Notes: generated by a model not told the origin, from the letters alone. Counted from the first letter of the stretch, positions 24,547 to 36,507 are shown. The stretch is 36,905 nucleotides of DNA from Catajapyx aquilonaris (GCA_000934665.2 JYFJ02003833.1:1-36905); one strand, 5' to 3'. Numbers and translations are program-made.

Positions 24547-24754
24547 AGCAGCTTTTTTAAACACAAAATCGAGCTGACGAACTTGAACTGCTCACGTGAC
24601 CTAGATATGCGGTCTGATTGGTCGGCAGGAGCCGGGAGCCCTGCCCCTTTGGCTGTCACAGCTACTTCCCCGCTGTAGCTCTACCAGACCGCTGCGACCC
24701 TTCCAGCTGTGGCGGAGAAGCTGTCGAAGCTCGATTTTGCGCAAAAAAGCTGCT
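24547..24754. mobile_element. MITE with TAA target-site duplication (PIF/Harbinger, Tourist-like)
   Basis: TAA (24544-24546) + agcagcttttttaaacacaaaatcgagct ... agctcgattttgcgcaaaaaagctgct + TAA (24755-24757). There is an additional internal inverted pair gcggtctg / cagaccgc. Confidence 0.7.
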
Positions 24755-26235
24755 TAAGCCACCACCCTATAAAGTTTCACGAATGGCCTTAACATATACC
24801 TCTCTCCAAATCGCAAAGTAGGAAAGGAACCAACAAGGGAGCCAGGATAGAAATTGCTATTTGGTGTAGCAAAATTATTGAAAAGCTGTTCTCCAGGGTG
24901 GAGGACTTTACCTGGAGATAGCCAGGGCCCAAAGGCTTATATATTGTACGGCATCGTATGGGCGAAGTCGTTTCGTGCTGTATTGAACTGCTGATGGAAC
25001 CCTCTTTTTTTTGGCAAACCAGTTTTTTCCTCTCCTCTTTTTTGGCGCTATCTTCATGAACATGGATTGTATAACAGGCACAGCTGGACGTTTCTGATGG
25101 GAAATCTGATGGAATTCATTTGCTATCAGCTCTTCAAGCTTTACGCTACTTTTGCTAGTTTACTCTGGGTAATAAGATTCGGCTCTGAATGACAATGGAA
25201 TGAGATTTTAAACTAGAACCGTGTAGGTTCGGTGGCGTGTTCTACGAGTGCCTCAAGCGTTATTTTTTTTCTACGAGTCATTCAGATTATTACTTAGTAA
25301 TGAAGCGTGGTATTGTGGCTCTTAAAAGTTTGAGAAACTGTACGAGGAAGATCCGTAATTGACACGTAAGGTTTCCTTATGCAAAATTATACTGCGACCA
25401 AATTAGGTTTAATTTTTCCTGAAACGCGCCCTCTATCACATCGAACCAAAAACTCTGACAATGACATTACCGGAAAGTAAAACTGGAGCCTGAAAAGTCC
25501 CGTTTTCTTTGGCATTGGAATAACTTCTTGCTAAACTTTGAGTCAATTCAGCTAAAGTACTGGGGACACGGACTAGTTCAAAGGGAAGTGCATTGTGCGG
25601 TAGTTAATTTTTGCACTTTAAAGCCTACGACACTTAAAAAAAAACTTCCAAGCGGACTATGATGGATTGTTTTTAATTTCGTGAATGGCAAAAGATTTTC
25701 GCCTTGACACAGCAAAAATTCCGTGGCAAAAGAAAAAGAAGTCATAATTGGGGGTGGGGGTACCAAATATAGTACGTAAATCAACGTAGCCAAATCCTAC
25801 AAATATTTATACTCCACTCGAGTTGGAATTCACATTTTAGGGAACGAATGAAGCTCGGTTGAGCCCGGGTCTTTCGTCATAAAGCAACCGACAGAAGGGT
25901 AAACAGTCGGTCTTTCATGATTCGTCCTATCCCCTTTTTTTCTAGAGGGGACTTCAATCCGATGCCTAGTCGTGCAGTAGGCAGAAGACATCCATGGATG
26001 GACCTGGGAAGGGAGGATTGGGCCGTTTCCTTTGATTAGTTCGCGTACATCTTTGACCAAACTTTCAAATTCCATCTCCAAACACATGGCTACGACCCAC
26101 ACAGTTTTAGGTCTTACTGCCAAGGTCATGGCTGGTTTTATCAGGAAAATCAGCAGTTCTGGAAAAAGTTTGGGTACGGTACGGAATTCTCAAAACTGTT
26201 CAGAACCTAACCTAACATTGTGTCTACCCTAACAG

Positions 26236-26515
26236 AGAGGCTGTTTGGCAAGGACTGGCGTGAGGAATGGGTGGTTCTGTACGATGACAGCACCTTGGCT
26301 TGGTTCAAAGAACGGGGGAAGACACAACCGGAAGGAGGCCTGATCCTGAAACACTGCCCGGAGCTGATGGCTGTGGGACAGTACACCCTCAGAGTGCCCG
26401 GAAGGCCGGAGATGCCATCGGGCTGCCACATACGGCAGGTCATGGCATTTGGAGCCAGACGGAGGGACAAAACGATAGTGCACTGGTTCCTCTGCAAGTC
26501 AGAGGATGAGGTCAA
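26236..26515 (+). CDS. PH-domain protein, main PH exon (RLFGKDWREEWVVLYDDSTLAWF...HWFLCKSEDEV)
   Basis: Acceptor cAG at 26233-26235 (A+AG = Lys with the previous exon) and consensus donor GTAAGT at 26516 (phase 2). The PH pattern W-x-x-x-W-V-V-L...L-x-W-F and the beta7/helix 'WFLCKSEDE' are present. Architecture resembles evectin/PLEKHB-type N-terminal PH proteins, but orthology is not established. Confidence 0.9.
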
Positions 26516-26550
26516 GTAAGTCCCCTTTCTTATTCTTATAAGCCGAGGTA

Positions 26551-26686
26551 CTATCGGGTTCAAATACTTTTGACCACTTTATCCTGGTCTTGAAGCAACC
26601 CTTCGCACAGACCCCAGGAGGTGTGTGTGTGTGAAGGGTTGCTTCAAGACCAGGATAAAGTGGCCAAAAGTATTTGAACCCGCTAG
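26551..26686. mobile_element. Palindromic MITE with TA target-site duplication
   Basis: TA (26549-26550) ctatcgggttcaaatacttttgaccactttatcctggtcttgaagcaacccttc ... gaagggttgcttcaagaccaggataaagtggccaaaagtatttgaacccgctag TA (26687-26688). The arms are about 58 bp with few mismatches. Confidence 0.85.
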
Positions 26687-26708
26687 TATACAACACCGGC
26701 AACAAATA

Positions 26709-26781
26709 TTAGTCAAATCAATTGCCGTATGACTGTTACGAACAATAGATGTTGTGGGTTCATATCCCACTTCTGACACCA
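26709..26781 (+). other. Possible degenerate tRNA-derived (SINE head-like) sequence
   Basis: A T-arm/B-box-like gtgggttcatatcccac hairpin, an upstream gactgtta resembling an anticodon loop, and a ...acca end. No intact cloverleaf. Confidence 0.25.
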
Positions 26782-28903
26782 ATGCTACGAACTCCGATTA
26801 CCCAGGGTAGGGCAGTACCAAATAAAAATTTTATTATCACTAGCAGTGTAATGAGGAGACCCTGGCGCCATCCCATTTTGAGTAAAAAATTCATCAACTC
26901 TGGCTGTTCCGGATGGAAGCCACGGCGCATTAGACCACCAGCTGCATGCAGCATCATCCTCACGTAGGGCATAGGCCCAGAAGATGGCTCAAGGTGCGGA
27001 AAAGTAAACACCAAAATTGCAGCCTCGAGGCCGGTTAGTAGCCGAGAATCTGTTGCGAAGTTTCCCTTCAGTGGTCCCCATCATCAAGTATAGATATCCC
27101 TAGCCAGTTCAGGGACACGGATACACGCTCAACTCCAGCTGCAGTTCATAATTCATTTAGAGGCTTAAGCAGCAGCCATTCGGATGTAAAATGATAATCA
27201 CTCTCGGAGAAGAGACACCATCCCACACATCTTGCCCATTACAGATAATCTCCCACAAGGCTTGCATGTCCCCCCACTCATTATGCGTCCCACTCTTGGA
27301 CACTGTTTGAGGACATTAATTTTTTAAACAAAAACTAGAACGTGCTCTCTGTTCACACATGCTCATTACTCAAGGCCCGGATTTACTTTTATGCGCATAC
27401 TCGCCATAAAGGGGGAATTGACCTGCATGATTGCCCTCTACAAAAAGTGTGGAAGAAGGTGTCTCGACAAGGGAACACTTTGTGAGAAAGCAGCACTCGG
27501 CAATCTCACCACCGGGAGTGATTACCCTAAAAGCTGCCCTAGGGGATCACCAACCACGCGAAACCTTTTAAGAAGCGCCATCCGAAAAGTTATTCACATT
27601 AGGAACTGTCAGAAAATCTCCACAAACGTTCCTTCGTCTGAATCTGCTCCAATCCTCTCTTTTTTGGGGGGGTTAGAGTTCAGCTTATTCTCTTCTGGTG
27701 GACCATTTTCCCTATGCAGAAACCCCCCCCCCCCCAACCTCGTCCACATACTTTACTTTTATTCGGTCCCCCCTTCAGGTTGTCAGGTCGTTTCGATTCT
27801 TGTCACATCGCACCAAAAGCTCGCTTCCATGCTTTGCTCTGGGAAGAGTGAAAACGGCAAACGGGATTTCAGGACATTGCAGAGGAAAAGGCTATGCTGC
27901 CATGAGGTGGATTTGGGAGATTACTTAGGTAACGAGGTTGTTTTGCTATACCAATGTTCTTCTAAAACTTGTTATTCAAATAGTTCTTCAGCCTGCTGGT
28001 TTTATTCCACAGCAATATTTCAGCTCATTCTATGTAAACAGGCAGATGTCATATGCTCATAAACTTGGAGTGTTTTGTGGTGCTTGGACTAAACGATATT
28101 TCCTTGTGTTATTAGGTCGGGGTAATGGCTGGCGGGGCTCACACAGAGAGAGTCCTTTTAAACTAATCCGGGGCCATTTACTCGACTTTTGCAACTCTTC
28201 AGCAGGTGATGGGATAATCGAATGAGAGTGCGTTGATGCAATGGATGATATTAGTTTGTCAGCCTTTTAGAGGTCGGCTTTATGGACCTCGGTTAGGTGC
28301 TTAACCATTGTGGAAGTTTCCAGTAGAAGGCAGAACTATTTGGCATAATGTGAGCATGTTGGATCAAGTTTGCGGTCTTTTTAAGCAATGAATCAACAAC
28401 TGCATTTTTATCATTAATTTACCTTTCACTTAAGTTGCAATATCCTAGAGAGCCATTTAATGGCATAAATATTTTCTTCTTTGTGTACAGAGCCATTAGT
28501 TCGTTTTGCTGTGAAAACGTACCCTTTACTGTATACAAACAGTGCAAGGTCGCAAATATTATCATTATTGATTACCGACACCAGGTCCCCGCATCTTGTT
28601 CCAAAAATACAGTGAGCAAATAACACATTCGCACTTTCAGAGGTATAACGCGCAGTATTATGATAAATTACACCATTTTCCCAGACTTATAAAATGATGC
28701 TCGTGACCCTAACGACTGCCGGTGTTTATATGCAGACGACGCGACGTCAGCACCCACATCATTTCAGGAAAAGTCGGCAGAATTTGCGTAGCATTACTTT
28801 AGAAACAAAAATTAGGGTCTTCAATTAATTTTGTGTAGTTTTCTTCTGAATTCAATTACACAACCTCACAACTAATATAATACGTTTCTTTCCACATGCT
28901 TAG

Positions 28904-28931
28904 CGATTGGATGACAGCCATCAGTAACACG
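28904..28931 (+). CDS. PH-domain protein, 28-nt micro-exon encoding the C-terminal helix (N-DWMTAISNT)
   Basis: Acceptor tttctttccacatgcttAG (28902-28903) and donor G|GTAAGT at 28932. AA+C = Asn restores EDEVNDWMTAISNT with the invariant PH tryptophan. The three exons total 351 nt (117 aa), and the CDS continues downstream. Confidence 0.85.
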
Positions 28932-31900
28932 GTAAGTGAACCGTATACATTGTGTCTGTAACCAAGGTCAAAGGCTATCCGATCAGTACAGAAAAGCGAG
29001 CAGGCATTGTTATTTCATTCTAGCGTGATCCAGAACTAACAGTGGGGGTCTGAGAAATAGCTTGAATGTCCGGTGGCTTGATAGCACAGTAGGCAATTTC
29101 CTCGCCAGACATCCTCCTGTGTCAAAGTTCCACTTCGAAGGAAACCCGTCTCGTGACCATCATAAACAAGCCCGTAGTTAGACCCCGAAATTCCTTTCCC
29201 ATTCCTTAAAATGAAGCCATGCATCAAGTCGCCTTGCTTTGTTACCATGTCCTCCAGAAGTGGATGGAAAAAAAAAGTAGAAGCCGTCTCCTGCAAACTC
29301 AGCTACTTGCCAGTGTCCGACATCAGCAATTCTGCAGACCCCTCCTTTTCTAGTGTTTTTTTTTCTTCGGAAGCAACAGTCTTCTCTTTAAGACCACTGT
29401 CGGTCCTCTTTGTTGGCACTTGACTCGGGTACAAATCACAAAATAAAATGGGAGGCATTTTTCCCACGGTATAGGGCACACACAAGTGCTACTGCTGTGC
29501 GACAGATATCTATATAAGGCTTGAATAAGTCTTAGAGAACGGGGGGAGAATTCAGCAGGCAAATAATCGAATTAAGTCTGGTGAATCCTGAATAAATGGG
29601 AGCCTAAAGCTAGCAGCGGCTGGCTTTTAATACAATCATAAAGCCACGCCCACGCCGTGTGCTTCTGCTCACTTCACGTGTACTGCATCCTAACCCATCC
29701 TTGCCACCCACCCACCCTAAACTCAAATCCAGACCTAACATCCAATTATATTCCTTCAGGATTTTCTCCATGTTGTGAGACATGTAATTGGTTTGTCTTG
29801 AGTCGCTAATTAGGACTAGTTAGCCCATTGTAGACTGTCAAAGTCAGTAAATGAAGTTCATAGACTTCGTCTTTCCCTAATTCAACTCGTCCTTATTAAC
29901 GGAAGTGAATTACCCAAAATTTATTAGACCACAATCTCTTATGAATGTGTAATTGAACAAATTGGAACGATATTATTAATTATATTAATAATATTCATAT
30001 TATTATGCAACAAGTATGATATTGAACGAATAAAATGTTAGCTACCTAAACATGAGGGCTTAGTATGACAAGCAGCTTAGTGCCAAATTTATAAGTAATA
30101 CCTATTCAGCTGGGATATCCTGTATGATCTGTTTTCGGATAGCTTATTCAGGTCGGGCCTTGTCAAAACACCCTGTATGCGCCCACAAATTAACCTAATT
30201 AACTTTGTCAGATACAACGTTTTTCGTGTCACGGGCTCAACTGTACGACCTGTACCAAAGTCATTGCCACTCAAAATGTTTCCCAGTGGATCCGGCGTTA
30301 AATGGACACCCAGCATGTCCGTAAACAACCACATTTCATGGGGGCATGGATTATATCGGGTGGAAATTACGAGTTCGAATGATTACCTTCAGGTCCGTTT
30401 TTGAAGCATTCATGTTTCCACATGATCTGCATCCGCATATTAGGCAGTTTACAAAACTGCACCCCCTCCTGCTCCCCCCCCCCCTCCCCAACGCATGGAT
30501 TATGTATTGTGTGAAATAAATCTCGCACATTTTATTTGTTATTCAATGTTCTCGATGCTGAAATGATTGATTTCCCGCCAAATGAATTCATGTGAGGATT
30601 TTTGACCGCTTCAATCATTCCACCCAGCCATTATACCTGCGTAGCAAGGAATAATACCAACCAGTATAAACAAAGACCCGGATAAATCAAGCGCCTAAAA
30701 CCGAGGATTAAATATGTATGTATAATAAGCTATTCAGGTCAATTAAGTAAGTGCCCAGTATTTTTAAGTCATTACTTTGTTTAATTCGCCACCTGCCTGA
30801 CCAGTGCATGTACATGTCCATTTTAATCACCTCATTCTGTCCATTATTAAGTCACCTAAATATTTAAAAATCAAGTTAATGCTAACTTCTCTCAGAAGTT
30901 CCATGATGCATTTGGCATCAGCAGGAAATGTGGTAGCAGATTGCACCCACCCACAACATAAGGGTGCCAATACTAAGACAGTGGGTCGGTGGGTGCAGGA
31001 GAAGCAGGTGGTCTGTTACGGGTAGCAGAGTGCGTTAGTTATTTGGTGGCGGAAGATAGATCCAGGGTGAGTCGTCGCATCCTGAGTCAGTGAGGCGCGA
31101 GGCCCGATTGGGAAGGGGTCCAGCCAAGGGTAGCAGACTGGGACGGAAATGGCCCACACCACTCACACGATAATGCACCTGCCCACCCAACCCAACCCAA
31201 CCCAGACCAGGCTTAGGCACCACTGCATGACTGCCCCCACTCCACCCCAGGGTCCACCCTTTTCCTCACCAATCTGTGAATATTTCGGACCAACCCAAAA
31301 ATTGTGTCTAGTTCTAGCTTATTTTTTTTTGAAACCCCCGAGTGCACCACAGGATGTACAGGATACGATTGATTTAACTCTCCTCGAGAGCCCTGGCCCC
31401 CTACGGTAAGCAATCGACCCCCCAGCAGCTCAACTGCCTTCGCAAATAGTTAAATCAATCATTGATAAAACCACCGCCCTATTTTTTTTATGGTCCCCAA
31501 GTTCCTGCGCAACTTTCATGCCATGGCCATTTGGGGTCCAACTGGAAAAGGATTATGCAGTACCTGAACGTACTAAATGTGTGAGTTTGCGGTGCATTGG
31601 TCCATTTAATCTCGGAATCCATCCAGCACTCATTCCATGGTGTTGGTGGAGCGAGAAAATTAATTATTTCCGCATAACAAGACCCCCCCCCCCCAACCAG
31701 GCTTCAGACAAGGAGAGTATATAATAAGGAGGGATGGAGGAGGATATACGACGTCAACGTGTCGCCTATTTTCATTATGCTCCGACGAATGACTTAACTT
31801 GTCGAGATAATGCCGGCAAGGACGAGTTTCCATTTCTCAGACCCAACTCCGGAAAACTGTTCTCTGGCAAAGCTATCCTCTTCCAACTTTGAGACCATCC

Positions 31901-33889
31901 AAGGATCCATTTTCTGCATCAAGTTTTTGCACACGCTTCCTTGGGTGCTTTGAATCAAATTATTCATTGTACCTGCTATTTAGAGGTAGCGCCCTCTGGG
32001 GTTGCTGAATGTTGAAAGTGTCTAGAGACCTATATGCACAAGATGTCTTGGGTCATCACACTCCCGCGGAACCCACCACAACATACTGAGGGATGGAGTT
32101 GCCCTTTGTCTTGGTGATGCGGCGTGGGAGAAATTGTCACGGGGGCGAAAAGTCCGGGACGCCCACAGCGCTCCCGGGCATGGTTACCATTGCGTAACAA
32201 ATACGTAACGCTTACAGTACGGTACTCTACAATTTCTACACTTCAAGTAAAACAACTAAGACATTTTACTTTTAAATAATGGTCTAATTGATTCCTGCGT
32301 ACGTCTTTCCTAACTTCCACTCTCTTTTTTTTGGTTAGGTTGACAGATATTTCCGTTTGCTGGAAGCTTCATTAGGAGCGTCATTAGTATTCAGCAAAGG
32401 TCTCACTTCCTAATTTTGGCTTTCATGTGAGTCAAAGCATAGGAAAGAATTTGAATTCATGGCGAAAAGTGTCGGCCAGATTGGATGGAAAGCGTACCGA
32501 GAGTTCTGAACGGTATTGGTCGGGTGCTTCTGTTTGATGTACATTAGGTCGGTCAAATGAAAGTGACTCGGTCGACCGTGATTGGTGGGGAAAAAATCGT
32601 GCATAATTACGATATGGTAGTGCCTCTACAGCACAACCAACAGTGAAAATAATATAGCCATTTCAGCATAAAAATCACACAATATTAGGCTTTAAACTCA
32701 AAACATTGTCTTTAATCTATTTTTAGAAAATTATGTGGGTACAAAGGGCCCAAAACAATTAGTACATTTTACTCATATGAAGTGTGCTTCAATTGATATT
32801 CCCTATAAATATTTGTCACTAACGGTCACTAAGGAGGATATAATTAGCTAATATTTCTCCTGTCCCTAGAATTAAAATTTGCGTATTTTTTGTGCATCTC
32901 AGCCGCATAAACTGAAAAGCTAGTACCACATTACCACCGAAATGAACTTGCACCAGAGCTGACCCACACCCTGTGCCTGTCTCACCCTGCCCATCACTTT
33001 CATTAGAAAACATCAACACACGTTACACCAAATATGACCTCCCTTTTTTATTATTATTTCACCTCCCCTCTACCCCCCTACCAACCCCCCCACATATGAA
33101 AATTTCGCCAGCCGTGATATGTGGAAGTAGTGGGTGGAGTGCGAGTAATAAGAGCAGAGTGCAAGTGGAAATGATGGCCGGCCAACATGCATGCTGGCTG
33201 GCAAACAGCGCCTGTTGGCCCCCTTCCAGCATCCCTCTGCATGAAGGGGGAGGGGGGGGGGGCAAAAAAGTTAAAAAAAAAATCCGTGGCTTTCCAAATT
33301 TCCGAAAAACGCTCTCCCTAGGAACTACCCTCATCTGATAACTACTGGCCTCCTATACCACTCTTCCACTTCCTCTAGCAGCCTACTGTAGCTGTGCATT
33401 ATGTGATAGCCGCTCGGTCCATTTGCAAGAGTGCTCCAGGGAAGGGGGCGAAGGTCACTTCCCAAAACTTCCCTATCCGCCCCCAAGTCTCTGAAGATGC
33501 AGTTTCGTTGCTGCAACCTAATATTTTACTACTACGTTGACAGAATAGCAGGCATTTTGCGGCTGCTGCAAAGTGTGGCCGTAAATCCCTACTTGGCCAT
33601 TACTAGGATAAGATTGCTAAGAACATGTGTCACGATAGGCGGCTCCGGATTTTCTGGCCAAAATCGATCCTAATTAGGTTGCCATATGATGATTACTGGG
33701 GGATCCATCTGTCTTGGCTCAAACGGGAACTGTGAGGACGCTATAAGTAAGAACCTGATGAGGTTGCTACCACGAGAGGCAAGACACATTCGAATATACG
33801 TTGAATCGTGACATCACTGGCGAGATCGCCTTATCGCCACGCGACTCGCTGCCACAAATCGCGAGAACAAGCGATTCCTGCGAGAAACT

Positions 33890-33901
33890 TGCGCATGCGC
33901 A
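33890..33901. promoter_or_regulatory. Perfect NRF-1/Ewg-type palindrome TGCGCATGCGCA in a CpG-rich patch
   Basis: Exact 12-bp motif. The surrounding 33805-33910 region is CpG-dense and includes TCGCGAGA. Confidence 0.3.
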
Positions 33902-36379
33902 TGACTCGGTTATGGAGCCAAGGTTCACGTGTTTGTGTCAGAAATTCCCATTCTTCTCATTGTATGATGCAAAATAGTACTTACACCAAGCTAATATGTT
34001 ACACCTCACTGTACAGTACATCCTCTCTGAATATTCAGGGTGACGAGCCTCGCAGAGTTCCTCGAATTATACAGGGGCACCTTTCCAGCATTGGTTCCTG
34101 TGCAGTTCCGGCGGACATGGCAATCAGTGCAATTGCTTTTCGATGCAGGAAGGCACTCCAGTGCCACCAATGAAACTTGAACGATTTCGCCAAATGCTCA
34201 ACTAAATTGACCAAGGTGTTCTAAAAACAATCGGTGCGACGCCATTTGATGACACCGCAAGCACGGCTTTCGCATTTGTTGACCGTGAAAGGCCAGTCGT
34301 GAGTGCACTCCTGCGTTTCCCATTACATGCACACTGCGACGTAATTGGTCTAAATCTCAGCCAAGGCTAGTATACCTAAGTACAGGTGGTGGGTACCCCC
34401 ATAATTACATGTTAGGCTTAAATGCCTGATCACAATATCTACTTAGCATTTACATACCATGTTTCTAATGATATTAATTTTTTTAAATAAAATTTTAATT
34501 CTTATTTCGATGTTAATTGCTGAGTGCAGATCTCAGGTTTCTAGGAACTTATGAAATGACACCCCCCCCCCTTCCCCTCCCCCCATCGAGCAGTTTGGAG
34601 AGGTCCCACACAACTTTCAAGTGGGAATCCGAGGTAGTTTGGAAAGTGTATAGGCACGCCGCAACACAGGCCTAGGAGTGGATGAATTATTTAATGCCCA
34701 CTTGTGCAAGTCAGATTTGCAGAAAACAGTGGGAGGGAGTTAGGGAGGTGAGAGAAATTTCGGCGTAGTTTTCAGGAAGTTCCTGGAGCTGTTATTTCAA
34801 GAGATCATTATGCTGATCGAGTACTTCCTTATTGACCAACATGGCGGCTGTCTTCCTTTGCTGTACTTTGCCGCAACTCTTGTGTCAACAAAAGGAGGAT
34901 AAAATATGATCAGTCACAACTGGTTTATCGAAGACACGTGTTGAAAATTTGATTGCTATTGATCCAGAACGGCGCTAACTTCCACACAGAAACCTGCAGG
35001 TTGAGGCAGTAATGGCATCGATCATATTGTTCATTTCGTAGCAAATATTTTTTTTTGCGACAAGAAAGTTTCTAAAATGATAAAGATACATTATAAGTGA
35101 AAAAATAACAATGCTTGTTACAATATTGAAAGTAGCAACCGCTCGAATAAGGGTGTATATTACAAGTAACATGAAACACTGGTAGTTACTTCCAGCATAA
35201 CAATAGGTGTTGAAAGCACGATTACAGCGCTAGTGGTACTTGTAGCAGTTGTTTTAGCTGATAATGCCTTACTTTCAATACAAAGGCAACTACCATCGCT
35301 TGGTTCTATCGCCAGTTTCATCAGCAGTATACAGCCATTATTACCTCCCGCATTACTTGTCCACAAAATAAGTATCGTAGTCGATAAGCAGTACCCTCCC
35401 GATGTTGCCTCACCCTGTAGAATCAATATTTGATAGCAGAGTGGCGCATCCTTATTGTTGCCCCCCTCCCCACCCCTTTTTTTTCATTGCCTTTCCTGTC
35501 TGATTGTGCTCGTGGACTTGCCAGACAAAGGGTGACTCTTTACTGTCCCAGCCATTGTGCTACTTCTCCTCGCCAAGTCACAAGGAAGAAGAAGTGAAAA
35601 AAGAGAAACCTTCTTTAAAGCATCTCCCTTAATTATATTTTCACGTGCAAGAGTCGGCTCTTACGAACTTGCAAAATGCTAAGTGCAAGTTAACCGTGCA
35701 CTATTAGTCTCGGAATTTGGTGAAGAAAGAGCAATCCTAGAACAAAAGCACTCTCGCTTTATTGCCTGCGAGGTCTTCTCAACTCAGGGCGTCTGCATTT
35801 GCCCGTCATTTGAATATTTCAGATCATTTTACCCACCTCCCCCTTTTTTTGATCCCTCCAGGGCGGACACGGTGTCAGAATTCATCTCAATTTTTGCAGA
35901 TATCCGGGAATTGCCATAAATTAATGCCAGTGGTAGCTTCACACTGAATGGCCATCAAAGAGTTGTCCATAAAGTACAACGTGCTGATTTACGTCTTTTT
36001 ATGTCACCCCTCCCCCCCCCCCATGGCTGTCACATTAAGCCATATCTTTCGTTCTTAGAAGTAAGTTACACGTCTGTGTGTAAATTTACAATCGTTCCTT
36101 TTAATCCTTTAATAATTTGCAATCTGATTATATAGTAGAACTGTACTACAATAATTTATTATTACATACAAGTAGTGATAATTACCGAATTTTATTAAAA
36201 ATCTCACCTAATTGTCCAAACCGTACCACAAGTTTAGAGAACACACAGAAAAGCAGCTTGTGTATACTATAGGGACGTAAATGTTGTTCAAATATCTAAT
36301 GAAATTTAACTCTGGGAACTTTTTGGCTACATACCATAAATTAATATCCTTGGCATTGTCTCTGCGGATCTAATGAAAC

Positions 36380-36507
36380 TTAATCCGACTTGTGCTGGTG
36401 AACTCTGTGAGGCTTCTCGCTAGCTAAGCACCAGCAGTAATACGTCATCATTGGAACATCCCATCTGCTCTGGTAGCTTCTTTCTGCTTCTTTGATAACC
36501 TGGGATA
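36380..36507 (-). pseudogene. C-terminal relic of a Chapaev3-like (CMC / Transib-related) DNA transposase
   Basis: The peptide SQVIKEAERSYQSRWDVPMMTYYCWCLASEKPHRVHQHKS resembles the motif F-H-Q-D-I-K-x-M-E-x-R-Y-Q-G-R-W-D-x-x-M-M-A-D-Y-C-W-x-L that I recall from this transposase family. The family assignment is from memory, not from a search. Confidence 0.55.

Noticed and set aside
27391..28062. 223-aa plus-strand ORF
   Set aside because: No domain-like pattern, crosses poly-T/G/C runs, lies within a PH-gene intron and has no convincing splice sites.
29700..34200. Acceptor-like sites (about 29759, 30895, 31840, 32338, 32902, 34038) as the next PH-gene exon
   Set aside because: Phase-0 readings give early stops or implausible peptides without good donors, so the next exon was not identified.
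35160..35433. S/T/V-rich ORFs on both strands (mucin-like appearance)
   Set aside because: Low-complexity tagc/agta-rich sequence with no supported exon boundaries.
35960..36030. gtccataaagtac...cccctcccc segment reminiscent of a common invertebrate DNA-transposon end
   Set aside because: Only one degenerate end is visible, with no partner TIR.
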